In this document: positions 1 through 12,104 of the stretch, piece after piece | How positions within the stretch are numbered: position 1 is the first letter of the stretch | Layout: every line of letters starts with the position of its first letter | Notes under the pieces: model-generated | What the model saw: only the letters and a program-made list of their open reading frames with translations | Database searches by the model: none | Told to the model about the DNA's origin: nothing | Assembly: GCF_964213995.1 (NCBI RefSeq) | Contig: NW_027590119.1 | Span: forward strand, 1,116,001-1,180,000 | Reading direction: 5' to 3' | Length of the DNA: 64,000 bases | From: Mustelus asterias | Taxonomy: Eukaryota | Position numbers and translations under genes: made by a program

Positions 1-90
1 TCTGGGGGAAATTGGGGACTTGCAGCAACTGAAGGGAAAGGAAGTGAATCCAGGGAGGCTGCAGACTCTGGAAAGGTTGGCCCAGGTCTC
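1..90 (+). other. 5' part of intron 1 of a further ZNF paralog (promoter lies left of the window)
   Basis: Matches the intron-1 sequence TCTGGGGGAAATTGGGGACTTGCAGCAACTGAAGGGAA found just after the exon-1 donors at ~18062 and ~30218 and, inverted, at ~29540-29620. Confidence 0.6.
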
Positions 91-593
91 TCTCTCTCTG
101 TTAAAGACATTGACATCCTTTGCTCCCTCAGCTTGACACATTTATTTGTCTGGCTGAAAAGATGGTCTCTTTCCTAATGTTCACAATTAAAGGGCTGGTT
201 TCCCCAGAAAATATCTGACATTTAAGGGGACTGTAAATTAATATAGGTTAGAGATATGTTCAGTGTTGTCATATGGCAAGATTAGACATGTACGGTTCTG
301 CAATAATGTACATTTATTATTATTTCTAATCTGGTAATATCGTACGATCGTGTGACATTAGTGTTTCTTTACAAATTTTTTTCTCTCAAAATCATGATCC
401 TGCTGTTGTAAATGAACCTTTTCAACTTTTTATACATTGTGGCACCAGCTTGTCTACAAAGAGTCCTTTATTTGCTCCTTAAGTGGCTTATATCGAGGTT
501 GTTTGTTTTTACTTTGGGATTTCAGATAAAATATTGGTTGCAGGTCAGGTAACAGAAGTTCTTTCATTTTCAGTTCTAAGCTGCAGTTTAGTT

Positions 594-907
594 TTAGAAG
601 TGAGATAACCGACTGAATCGCATCTCACACTCAGAGCAAGTGAATGGCCTTTCCCCAGTGTGAATTCGCTGGTGTGTCAGCAGATCAGATGAAGTAGTGA
701 AGGTCTTCCCACACTCGGAGCAGGTGAACGGCCTCTCCTTGGTGTGAACCCGCTGGTGTCTCAGCAGGTGGGATGAATGAGTGAATCCCTTACCACAATC
801 ACAGCAGGTGAACCTCCTCTCCCAGTGTGACTGCGTCGATGAATTTCCAGCTGAGACGGGGATTTGAATCCCTTCCCACAATCCCCACATTTCCACGGTT
901 TCTCCAT
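594..907 (-). pseudogene. C2H2 zinc-finger pseudogene A (1 finger, frameshift, 2 fingers, then a truncated finger)
   Basis: ATG at 907 gives [21 protein letters not shown]; 1-nt deletion in the TGE linker at ~821; reading ends mid-finger at RLSHF*. Acceptor TTTTACAG|GATC at ~1236; exon-1 donor CATCT|GTGAGG at 2143. Confidence 0.85.
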
Positions 908-1354
908 GGTGCGGGTGTCCCTGTCTCCAGGTTTGTTGTTCAGCCGAGGTGGCCACACAAAGCGTCTGTACAATCTCTTCCTGGTGTAAATGGTGATGGT
1001 CTTTCAAACTATGTAACTGTCACTGGAACAGTCTTACCAGATGTTTGTGTCTTGCTGCTTTTCCAGTCACACTGATGTTTAAAACTTTCTGAAGCAAACA
1101 GAACAAAAAGACATTTCTCCTTCTTGATTCAAAGGCTAATGATATTCAGATCCTGATAATCGAGTGACTATGTCAATTCTTCACTTGATGTTTGATTTGA
1201 ATTTTGTGTCTGCAAATCCTCCCCCTTTGAAGATCCTGTAAAAGAGGTTATAAATTTCATCACTGTCAGTTAAGGATAGAATCTACAATTGGCAGTTGTT
1301 AATTTCTATCTTGTTCCCCGAAAGCTGTAAATAACTGTCCCACACTCTCCCTGC

Positions 1355-1800
1355 ATTACCTGGAGTATTGTGTGGAGCTTTTGGCTCCTTACTAAAGGAA
1401 GGATACACTTGCAATAGAGGGAGTGGAGCAAGGGTTCATTCGACAAATCCCTGGAAGGGTGGAAGTTTCCTCGGAGGAGACTGGGCCTCTATTCTCTCAA
1501 AGTTTCGAAGAATGAGGGCTGATCTTCTATAACTCAACTGAGTTGAGGAGGAACTTCTTCACACAAAGGTTGTGAATCTGTGTAAGTCCCTGCCCAGTGA
1601 AGCAGTTGAGGCTACCTCATTGAATGTGTTTAAGGCAAGGATAGATACATTTTTGAACAGTAAAGGAATAAGGGTTATGGGGAGCGGGCAGGTAAGTGGA
1701 GCTGAGTCCACAAAAAAATCAGCCATGATCTTATTGAATGGCGGAGCAGGCTCGAGGGGCCAGATGGCCCACTCCTGCTCCTAGTTCTTATGTTCTTATA
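1355..1800 (+). mobile_element. CR1 LINE 3' fragment
   Basis: Decayed LEYCV..WAP / LGLYSL..RR / NFFTQRVVNL motifs, then CR1 3' UTR ending in (TTCTTATG) repeats. Confidence 0.75.
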
Positions 1801-2161
1801 ATAACTCTAGATGTATCAATGTTGTTATGATCCTTATGAGTACAATAACCTTAAAATTAACAAATTCCCAGACAAACCCAATGGAATAAACAAAGGGAAA
1901 GATTTCACCTTCTAATAAATCTTGCAATAATCAAATTAAAATCAACATCAATGAATCATGCATTGACAGACAAACAGTATTTAAATGGACAGGATAAATT
2001 TGTCTTTAAATATCTCAGACAATAAAACAGGTTCCACAAAATCACAAACATTTCCCCCTCACCATATTTGTCTCTAATTCCAGTTCCAGAGAATTTCTCT
2101 GTCTCTGTATTTCCCAGGGGGAGAAAGAAAGTGTTTTCCTCACAGATGTTGTCCAGAGGAT

Positions 2162-2335
2162 GAGGTTGGAGTCTGTGTGTGAAGTTTGAGTCTGTGTGTG
2201 AAGTTTGAGTCTGTGTGTGAAGTTTGAGTCTGTGGTGAAGTTTGAGTCTGTCGTGTGAAGTTTGAGTCTGTGGTGAAGTTTGAGTCTGTGTGTGAAGTTT
2301 GAGTCTGTGTGTGAAGTTTGAGTCTGTGGTGAAGC
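2162..2335. repeat. Minisatellite, 9 x 18-20 bp GAAGTTTGAGTCTGTG(T)GT, in exon 1 of gene A
   Basis: Tandem units counted directly; same unit at 44222-44428. Confidence 0.95.
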
Positions 2336-2399
2336 TACAAACAGAAGCTGTTCTGTTTCAAATCAAACTGCGGGACTAGGAAGAATTTGATGGGAAGAG

Positions 2400-2940
2400 A
2401 TTTTGCAAAGTCCCCTCCCCCACTCCCTCAGATGGCAGCCCAGCGCGCAGGCGCAGAGAGCACTGCTGAGCCGAGCTGTCCGGAGCAGGCGCAGAGAGCG
2501 CTGCTGAGCCGAGCTGTCCGGAGCAGGCGCAGAGAGCGCTGCTGAGCCGAGCTGTCCGGAGCAGGCGCAGAGAGCGCTGCTGAGCCCAGCTGTCCGGAGC
2601 AGGCGCAGTGCGGCTGCCGCCAGCGGTCCGCTCTCGATCTCTTTTTGGAGCAGCAGCCGCCGTAGAGAGAGGGGGGAGGGGGAGATCACCGAGCGGCTTC
2701 TCGCTCTGGCCGGAGCCGCCAGCCGGTTGCCTGGAAACCGTGGCTGGAGGAGGTGCAGGGGGAGGGAGAACAATGGGTGGGGGCGGGGCTCCCGGGTCCG
2801 CGAGCCGGGCCTGCGCCATGGAACCCCGACACGTCACTGCGGAGCCGAGTAATTCCTATTGGCTGATTCCGGCAGCGCTCCATTGTGACGTCTCAATGCG
2901 GAAGTTGGCCACTGAGCTTCAGGTTAAAGCTTCCACTGCG
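2400..2940. promoter_or_regulatory. CpG-island bidirectional promoter for genes A (-) and B (+)
   Basis: CpG-rich; NRF1-like GCGCAGGCGC ~2445, GC box GGGGCGGGG ~2780, ATTGG ~2858, TGACGT ~2886; lies between divergent ZNF genes. Confidence 0.7.
2447..2608. repeat. 38-bp GC-rich minisatellite, 4 copies plus a partial copy
   Basis: GCAGGCGCAGAGAGCGCTGCTGAGCCGAGCTGTCCGGA starting at 2447, 2485, 2523, 2561 and (partial) 2599. Confidence 0.95.
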
Positions 2941-3160
2941 ATTTGAAAAGACTTCGGCCATCAGTGAGTGGAAAAGCAGCAACACACTGCCACAGCCGAG
3001 TGAGTGTGTTCCAGTGCACTGACTACAGAGCTTTAACCAGTTACACAGCCTGAATAAATATCACACCATTCACAGCAGGGAGAGACTGTACCCGTGTTCT
3101 GTGTGTGGACAAGGCGTCAACTGATTGGCCACCCAAGGGAGAGGCAAGGACACCTGCACC

Positions 3161-4053
3161 ATGGAGAAACCATGGAAATGTGCAGACTGTGGGAAGAGAT
3201 ACAGATATCCCTCTCTGCTGGATGCTCATCGGCGCAGCCACACTGGGGAGAGGCCATTCATCTGATTTCAGTGTGGGGAGGGATTCGCAGGCTGCAGTCA
3301 CACCAGCGAGTTCACACTGGAGAGAGGCCGTTCACCTGCTCTCAGTGTGGAAAGGGATTCATTGTGTTATCCACTTTGCAGAGACACCAGCGAATTCACA
3401 CTGGGGAGAGGCTGTTTATCTGCTCTCGGTGTGGGAAGGGGTTCAGTCAGTTTTCCAACCTGCAGACACACCAGCGAGTTCACACCGGGGAGAGGCCATT
3501 CATCTGCTCTCGTTGTGGGAAGAGATTCACTCGGTCATCCGACCAGTGGACACATCAGCACATTCACACCGGGGAGAGGCCATTCGCCTGCTCTCAGTGT
3601 GGGAAGGGATTCACTCGGTCATCCGACCTGCGGACACACCAACACGTTCACACCGGGGAGAGGCCATTCACCTGCTCTCAGTGTGGGAAGACATTCACTC
3701 GGTCATCCGTCCTGCGGAGACACCAGCGAGTTCACACTGGGGAGAGACCATTTACCTGCTCTCAGTGTGGGAAGAGTTTCAGTCAGTTATCCACCCAGCA
3801 GAAACACCAGCACATTCACACTGGAGAGAGGCCGTTCACCTGCTCTCAGTGTGGGAAGAGATTCACTCAGTCATCCCACCTGCGGAGACACCAGCGAGTT
3901 CACACTGAGGAGAGGCCATTTACTTGCTCTCAGTGTGGGAAGGGTTTCAGTCAGTTATCCAACCTGCAGAGACACCAGCGAATTCACATGGGGAGAGACC
4001 ATTCACCTGCTCTGAGTGTGGGAAGGAATTCACTCAGTTATCCCACCTGTTGA
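3161..4053 (+). pseudogene. C2H2 zinc-finger gene B; ancestral frame broken, 8 intact fingers readable from ATG 3172
   Basis: ATG 3161 [10 protein letters not shown]..; TGA at ~3263 and a deletion at ~3288; 8 CxxC..HxxxH fingers with TGERP linkers from ~3300 to 3988; another frameshift at ~3990. Confidence 0.8.
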
Positions 4054-4394
4054 GACATCAGTGAAGTTACACTGGGGAGAAACTGTCCACCTGCTCAGTG
4101 TATAAAAAGGGTTCAGAATTTCATCACAGCTGCTGAGGCACCAACAAGTGCACAGGGGTTGGATTCTGCTGTTATTGTTTCTGCTCTCAGTTACATCCAG
4201 GACTGCATTTTGTTCATTCTCACAGTTGGTCAATGGGGAGGGTCAGAGGGTTTCTTTCTGCTGGACTGGCCGGTCTCACAACTTTCCCTCCAGTGGGCTG
4301 ATGCTCTTTGAGTCTTGTTGTGAATACCTGGTTTCAAATTTCACAAGGATCACAGAGTGACCGGGTGTGAGGAAGTTCAGAGATATTTAGTCAG

Positions 4395-4722
4395 CATTTC
4401 TGTTTGAAACTCCCCCAATGCCCATCCAATTCCCTTTGTAATTGTTTATTGTCTCCACTTCCTCCACCCTCGTAGGCAGTGAGTTTCAGGTCATTACCAT
4501 TCGCTGCATCAACATTTTCTTCCTCACATCCCTCCCTACATCTCTGACCTGAAACTTTAAATCTGTGTCCCCCTTGTCCTTGTCCCATCAGCTAATGGGA
4601 ACAGCTTTTCTTTGTCCACCTTATCTAAACCTGTCAGAATCTTGTCCACCTCTATCAAATCTCCCCTCAACCTCCTTTGCTCCAAGGGAAACAACCCCAG
4701 CCTGACATTGACAATAAAGAAC
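4395..4722 (-). mobile_element. CR1 LINE 3' fragment
   Basis: LGLFPLEQRRLRGDLIEVDKIL motif; paralogous copy inverted at 24990-25340. Confidence 0.8.
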
Positions 4723-5569
4723 AAACTAACAGAATATGTTAGAACCTGAAACCAAATGGGAATGTTTAATTCCTGTTTTAATGATATTGTGAATATATTG
4801 TCCTGGACAATAAAGGAATTGGAATAACTCACCTTGGGAGTGGTTGAATGGAATATGTCAATCTGGTATCCATCTACAGTCCAGTGAAAGTCTGGAATAT
4901 GTAGCTGGAAATCCCTCCCTAACAGCACTGTGGGCTTACTGACACCTCAGGCATTGTAACAGTTCAGGAAGGCAGTGTTGGCGCTGATCGTGGCCAAGGC
5001 AGCTACAGACAGCCACATATTCTGTTATAATTGAAGGACTGCAGATTGAATGTGAGGCATTATGGGACTGGACTATCTTGACCACATTCCTGTGACTGCT
5101 CAGTTTCTGCAATCACGGACCATTAAAGCTGCTTAGTGCCCAACAGAGGACCTGGTGAGAATATTTACTCAGAATGAGTTAGAATTAAACTTATTCCAGG
5201 ACCGGCTGGTGTTCAGTGGCTGAGATTCCTGAATCTGTGAAGAGTAGGTCTGACCAATCAACAAACAGTGGCAGATAGTTGGTTAAGAAGTTAAAAAGCG
5301 TTCTCAGGCATTGTTTAAATTATTTTATCCCAAATTTGTGATAAGAACTTTGAGGGACTTGTGACCCGTTAGTCGGTGAAGTAACGGTATACTCCAAATA
5401 GCACTGGACTGAAAAGCAGACTTCTGAGTAGATTCTAATGGTTATAAACTGACTCAAGCATGGCCAGTGAAAAAATCAGAGCTCGAGTGAGGACTGGACA
5501 GGTCTCTTACCTGCTAATTGGAAACTAAGAACAAGAAACGTATCGATAAAATTATTAGAGAATACAGCC

Positions 5570-5735
5570 AACGTTTCGAGTCTGGATGACACTTCATAAC
5601 CGCTCTTATGAAGTGTCATCCATACTTTAAACATTGACTCTATTCTCTCTCCACAGATACTGTCAGACCTGCTGAGATTTTCCAGCATTTTCTGTTTTTG
5701 TTTCAGATTCCAGCATCCGCAGTATTTCACTTTTA
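5570..5735. mobile_element. Penelope-like terminal fragment with fold-back
   Basis: GGATGACACTTCATAA..TTATGAAGTGTCATCC inverted repeat, then the CTCTCCACAGAT..CAGATTCCAGCATC tail repeated at ~7215-7350, 28130-28315, 53505-53630 and 54715-54845. Confidence 0.5.
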
Positions 5736-6480
5736 TGATAAAATGATTAGTTCTGATTGGAATCCCTACGACCTTCCTGCAAAACAGAGGGAGTGGTGGC
5801 AAAAGGGGAAAAAGGATAAGGATGATAAAGTCTGGGTTCTGATTCTCCAAGCCCATGTAGAATCAACAAAATGAGTGAAGCAGTTTATAAAGAACAGAAG
5901 TTATCTATCCCTAAAAAAACTGATCAAATTAAAATAATTAGGTTATGGAATATAACAAAAAAATGAAGAGCTGAAGTTTACAATCGAGTTTGTTTTGATT
6001 TTTTTACTTGTGTAAAGTGGTATTATTGTGTGCCAATTTTTTTCTGCTCACTCCCCATCCCTTTAGGTTCTGAAGAAAAGTTAACCCTTTCAGCAGACAA
6101 TTCATTTCTTTTCAAATCATCTGAAAACTCATGTCTATTTTAGTTTGTAATTGAAGATTTATGGGAATTGGCTAAGATGGGCTTTCAACATTTTTCTATT
6201 CTTTCTCTATTCACTGTTAATCAACACTCTGTTTTATCTTTCTGACTTGTTACATTTTTAATGATTAATAAACTTTCTGAATTCACGATTTAAAGTGTTC
6301 TTTCTTGCCATATGGTTAAGTCACTGGAACCTGGTGTGATTTACGATGAGGGAGGTTATTGTAAACAAGAGAACCCCCATAAATCTTAGTTCAAATAAAT
6401 CAAAGTTCTTACAAATGGAATGCTATCCTTTATTATGAGAGAAATTGAACACAGGAGTAAAGATGTTCTGCTTTAGTTAT

Positions 6481-7037
6481 GATGTGGAGATGCCGACGTT
6501 GGACTGGGGTAAACACAGTAAGAAGTTTAACAACACCAGGTTAAAGTCCAACAGGTTTATTTGCTACCAGATAAACCTGTTGGACTTTAACCTGTGTTGT
6601 TTAAGACCATAAGACCATAAGACATAGGAGCGGAAGTAAGGCCATTCGGCCCATCGAGTCCACTCCACCATTCAATCATGGTTGATTTCAACTCCATTTA
6701 CCCGCTCTCTCCCCATAGCCCTTAATTCCTCGAGAAATCAAGAATTTATCAATTTCTGTCTTGAAGACGCTCAACGTCTCGGCCTCCACAGCCCTCTGTG
6801 GCAATGAATTCCACAGACCTACCACTCTCTGGCTGAAGAAATGTCTCCTCATCTCTGTTCTAAAGTGACTCCCTTTTATTCTAAGGCTGTGCCCCCGCGT
6901 CCTAGTCTCCCCTGCTAATGGAAACAACTTCCCTACGTCCATCCTATCTAAGCCGTTCATTATCTTGTAAGTCTCTATCAGATCTCCCCTCAACCTCCTA
7001 AACTCCAATGAATATAATCCCATTTAACTTCTTACTA
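6481..7037. mobile_element. Penelope-like fold-back element, itself interrupted by a young CR1
   Basis: GATGTGGAGATGCC..CAGTAAGAAGTTTAACAACACCAGG followed by its inverted copy; flanked by a TGCTT(T/C)AGTTAT direct repeat. Confidence 0.65.
6604..7024 (-). mobile_element. Young 5'-truncated CR1
   Basis: Near-identical to 14254-14670; ORF end GLYSLEFRRLRGDLIETYK..GKWS*; (ATAAGACC)n tail. Confidence 0.9.
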
Positions 7038-9459
7038 TGCTTCAGTTATACAGGGCATTACGGAGACTGCATCTTGAATACTGGGTGCAGCTTTGTCTCC
7101 TATTTAAGAAATGATACAAATGCATTGAAAGTGGTTCAGAGGAGGTTTAATAGATTGCTTCCCAATTCTTGACCCTCACAGTATAAATTATGTCCGATTT
7201 TCCTTGTCTTCAGCTCTGACAAAGGGTCATCCTGACTCAAAATGTTGTCTCTATTCTCTCTCTGCAGATGCTGTCAGACTTGCTGAGATTGTCCAGCATT
7301 TTCTGTTTCTGTTTCACATTCCAACAACAGCAGAATTTTGCCTTTATCCCAGTTCTTGTTGGGTAAGAGAATCAAAAGTATCGGGTCTAGAACGAGAATG
7401 TGGAACTCAACACAAAAAGATCAGCCATGATCTAAATAAATGGTGGAGCAGACTCAAAGGGCCAAATGACCTACATCTGCTCCGGTGTTGAATGTTGGTC
7501 ACAATTTCCTGAGGATTGTGAAACAAGGCTGGAAGATTCGCCTTGCTTGTGTTAGTGGGAAAATGTCCAGGAGAACCATCACTGTGAAGGACAGTTCTGG
7601 GATTAAAGGTTGCCCGACTGGAAAAGGAAAACAATGGAAATAAACCCTTGAGGAGTAAAGAATCACTTTGGACTGGTTTTTGGAGAAAGAGTGTCAACAT
7701 TCCAAGGCAGAATAAAATATAACGGTTGAGTGGGATATTTAATGGTGTTAAGAGTAAAAGGGCAAAGTTTAATTTTAAGTTTAAGAGCTATGTTCCCTAT
7801 AAAAAAGTGTTTAGTCATTGTTGCTTCCAGTTTGTTGGAATAAACGCCAGAAACTTGAAGTTTTGTCGTTGATTCTTTAATTTACTCACTGGGCTTAGAA
7901 TTCTTTTTTTTAAATTGTTGATCGTTACAGAGATCCTAACAGTTCATTTAAAGCCCCGAGTTTTGATTTCCCATTTGAGCCTGGGACACCTTTCTGTCTC
8001 CCTATTGCTAGTGTCAATGACAGCCAGGCGACGGAGCTGAGGGCTGAATTTAGCTGAGAATAACGGGGCCTGCGCTCCAGTTGGGAAACTGCCCTGGGCG
8101 CCGCACTAATAGAGAGACAGGAAGGTGCTGGAGGACTGAGTGGGAAATGGGCCTCCAAACAATTGTTATATCAGTCACTCAGAGCTAAAGAGAAACCTGT
8201 CTCTATAAATACATAAACAGGGAAGAGGCTGCACTGAAATCTGTCCCTTCTAACCTGCACAAAAGCAGGAGGCTGAGAATGACAGGCTGCAGGAGGAGTC
8301 CATTCAGCCCATTGTGCCCCTGCTATCCCTTTGAAAGGACTCTGATTCATCCTACCACTCTGATCTGTCCCCACAGCCCTGCAAATTCTTCCCTTTCAAG
8401 TCTTTACCCTTTGGAAAGATTCTATTTAATCTGTTTTCAGGCAGATCAGAACAACTCGCTGTGTCAAAAAATAAAATAAAATCTCATCTCCCCCTCTGGC
8501 CCCTTTGCCAATTACCTTAGAGGCACTCACTTTCTGTTAAAGAGCCTGCCAACCCCTCTCACCCACTTTCCCGAAAGTGCATCAATCTCATCAGGAAAAG
8601 CCCAGAACAATCAAACACCTTTACTGATGAAAGTTTATTAATGAAACAGAACTTGGTTAAAAACAAACAGAAAATGACTTGAGCATCAAAGACAACCAGA
8701 GTCAAAGGATGTTCACAACGTTCTGGACACAAATGGTTTCTCTTTAATTCATCTGTAGCCTGTTCCCTGCCCTCTTTGTGGTAAAGGCAGAATTCTCTGG
8801 ATAGTAAATTTTAAAAGAAGTTTATTGAATGAAAAAGTTTTACTGAACAACTTTAAGATATTGACTTTTACAACTTTGTGTGGGTGATTGGTCCATAGAA
8901 GCGTAACCCTCTCTGGCTCCTTTCACAGGAATTATTGTGGAACTCGGGAGTCTGGCTCCTTCTCTGACAGTAATTTCCTTAGAACTCAGCCTCGGGAGTT
9001 TTCAGTATTTGGCTCGCAAGGAAGACCTTCAGAACCTCTACTTTTATCCACAAAGTGACGATGACCTCACTTCAGAGTTGGGCCTGTTGAATCATGACAA
9101 TTGGTCAATTTGATCACAAGATTAATTTAACTGGATCCTCAATTACTGACACCACCTTCTCTCATTATCTTAGACAGGAATACAAGAGAACTGGTTCATA
9201 CTATCCCTTTATCTGATTCTGTACAATCCCTTATTCACACAGTTTCAAATGTTGAGGCTAATCAGAGCTTGAAGGTCTCTCTCGCCAGTACATTTATCCT
9301 CATTGCACATTCTTTACATACACAGCAATTCAGCTTTTACAGCAAATAAAACTCAATCTTTTATTAGAACTACTGATTCATTATTCATTGATTAACTATA
9401 ACTCAATTAAGGCTCATGACTTTCTCATCTGTTAATGACTGGTAGCTAATAAATAGCTA

Positions 9460-11582
9460 CCAGATGGGGCAGATGTTTGAGGGCAAATCAACATCTGGCA
9501 TGTGGGAGGCTTTCAAGTGTAAGCTGATAGGGATTCAGGACTGGCACATTCCTGTAAGGATGAAGGATAAGTATGGCAAGTTTTGGGAACCTTGGATAAC
9601 GAGAGATATTGTGAGCCTCGTCAAAGAGAAAAACGAAACATTTGTCAAAGCTAGGAGGCTGGGAACACACAAAGCAAGTGTGGAATACAAGGAAAGTAGA
9701 AAGAAACTTCAGCAAGGAGTAAGGAGGGCTAAAAGGGGTCACGAAAAAGCATTGGCCAGCAGGATTAAGGAAAATCCCAAGGCTTTTTATACATATATAA
9801 AGAGCAAGAGGGTAGCCAGGGTGAGGGTTGGCCCACTCAAGGACAAGGGAGGGAATCTATGCGCGGAGCCAGAGGAAATGAGTGAGGTAATAAATGAGTA
9901 CTTTGCGTCAGTATTCACCAAAGAGAAGGACTTGGTGGATGATGAGTCTGGGAAAGGATGTGTAGAGAGTTTGAGTCATGTTGAGATCAAAAAGGAGGAG
10001 GTATTGGGGTTCTTGAGAAACATTAAGGTAGACAAGTCCCCAGGGCCTGTTGGGATATACCCCAGAATACTGAGAGAGGCAAGGGAGGAAATTGCTGGGG
10101 TCTTGAGAGAAATCTTTCTATCCTTACTGGCGACAGGGGAGGTCCCAGAGGAGTGGAGAATAGCCAATGTTGTTTCTTTGTTTAAGAAGGGTAGCAAGAA
10201 TAATCCAGGTAATTACAGGCCGGTGAGCCTTACATCAGTGATAGGGAAATTATTGGAGAGGATTCTTCGAGACAGGATTTATTCCCACTTGGAAATAAGT
10301 GGATGTATTCGTGAAAGGCAACATGGTTTTGTGAAGGGGAGGTCGTGTCTCACGAACTTGGTCGAGTTTTTGGGGAAGTGACGAAGATGATTGATGAGGG
10401 TAGGGCAGTGGATGTTGTCTACATGGACTTCAGTCAGGCCTTTGACAAGGTCCCTCATGGCAGACTGGTGCAGAAGAAGTCGCATGGGATCAGAGTTGAG
10501 CTGGCAAGGTGGATACAAAACTGACTCGGTCAAAGAAGACAGAGGGTGGTGCGTTTCTGAATGGAGGGCTGTGACAAGTGGCATTCCTCAGGGATCAGTG
10601 CTGGGACCTTTGCTGTTTGTAATACATATAAATGATTTGGAGGAAAATGTAACTGGTTTGATTAGTAAGTTTGCAGACGACACAAAGGTTGGTGGATTTG
10701 GGGATAGCGATGAGGACCATCAGAGGATACAGCAGGATATAGATCAGTTGGAGACTTGGGTGGAGAAATGGCAGATGGAGTTTAATCTGGACAAATGTGA
10801 GGTAATGCATTTTGGAAGGTCTAATACAGATAGGAAATATACAGTAAATGGCAGAATGCTTAAGAGTATTGATAGACAAAGGGATCTGGGTGTACAAGTA
10901 CACAGGTCACTGAAAGTTGCAATGCAGGTGGAGAAGGAGTCAAGAAGGCATACGGCATGCTTGCCTTCATCGGCCGGGGCATTGAGTTTAATAATTGGCA
11001 AGTCATGTTGCAGCGTTATAGAAGCTTAGTTAGGCCACACTTGGAATCGAGTGTTCAATTCTGGTCGCCACACTATCAGAAGGATGTGGAGGCTTTGGAG
11101 AGGGTACAGAAAAGATTTACCAGGATGTTGCCTGGTATGGAGGGCATTAGCTATGAGGAGAGGTTGGAGAAACTTTGTTTGTTCTCACTGGAACAACGGA
11201 GGTTGAGCGGCGACCTGATAGAAGTCTACAAGATTATGAGGGACATGGACAGAGTGGATAGTCAGAAGCCTTTTCCCAGGGTGGAAGAGTCAATTACTTG
11301 GGGGAACAGGTTTAAGGTGCGAAGGGCAACGTTTAAAGGAGATGTATGAGGCAGATTTTTTACAGAGAGTAGTGGGTGCCTGGGACTCGTTGCCGGGAGA
11401 GGTAGTGGAAGCGGATACAGTAGTGACTTTTAAGGGGTGTCTTGACAAATACATGAAGAGGATGGGAATAGAGGCATATGGTCCCTGGAAGGGTAGGGGG
11501 TTTTAATTTCATCCGGCAGTGCGGTCGGTGCAGGCTTGGAGGGCCAAAAGGCCTGTCCCTGTGCTGTAACTTTCTTTGTTCT
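9460..11582 (+). mobile_element. CR1 LINE ORF2 (RT region), frameshifted
   Basis: [39 protein letters not shown] and RGDLIE-like motifs spread over three frames, then 3' UTR. Confidence 0.92.
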
Positions 11583-12104
11583 AAATAAAGTAATATTGAA
11601 TGAACACATTTGGTTCGTACAATGTGGTTGACTCTCAACTGCCCTCTGAACAAGGGCATCTAGGGATGGGCAATAAATGTTGGCCAGCCAGCGACGCCCA
11701 TGTCCCACAACTGAATAAGGTTAATACAAGATATACTGGTTCGAAAAGACACTTGCTGCAAGCCAATAACTTTCCTTCTTACACGAACTGAGCAATCAAC
11801 CTTATTCTTGAGCCAGATGTGACAGAATATAATGCCCTCCAACTGATCAAATTCATAGAAGAAATTCTTAGTTCAGACAATTCCTGCCAGCTATGCAGCT
11901 TCCACAAGCATGTAGGTGAATCCAACATTAATTTTAAAAATAAAGCTCCAGTCACATGTTAGAATTTAACATGTCTTCCTTGACCTTGTTGCTGAGAATG
12001 TTTGAAGAGGCAGCAGGGGCACAATGGGTCACACGGCCTCCTTTTGTGCTCTCTGCTCCTCGTTTGCATTTGAAGTGGTAAATATCTGGGACTCACTTCC
12101 TACG

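Larger units (their letters stand above)
6415..7160 (+). mobile_element. Old CR1 fragment interrupted by nested insertions
   Basis: NGMLSFI..IEHRSKDVLL at 6415-6480 resumes at ~7040 with LQLYRAL..HLEYWVQ. Confidence 0.65.

Noticed and set aside
2162-2335. CRISPR-like array (also 44222-44428 and 2447-2608)
   Set aside because: Head-to-tail minisatellites with no unique spacers and no cas genes, in a vertebrate context
2363-2946. Several 110-170 aa ORFs over promoters (also 29657-30332 and 34548-34949)
   Set aside because: By-products of GC-rich, stop-poor CpG islands and repeats; no domain recognised
3105-4015. Long alternative-frame ORFs over finger arrays (also 26636-27448 and 26655-27362)
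   Set aside because: Shadows of the 84-bp finger repeat; not called as separate genes
7490-9450. Possible solo LTRs (also ~39760-40840 and 23500-24590)
   Set aside because: LTR-like composition and ends such as GATCGTTACA, but boundaries and TSDs could not be fixed by eye
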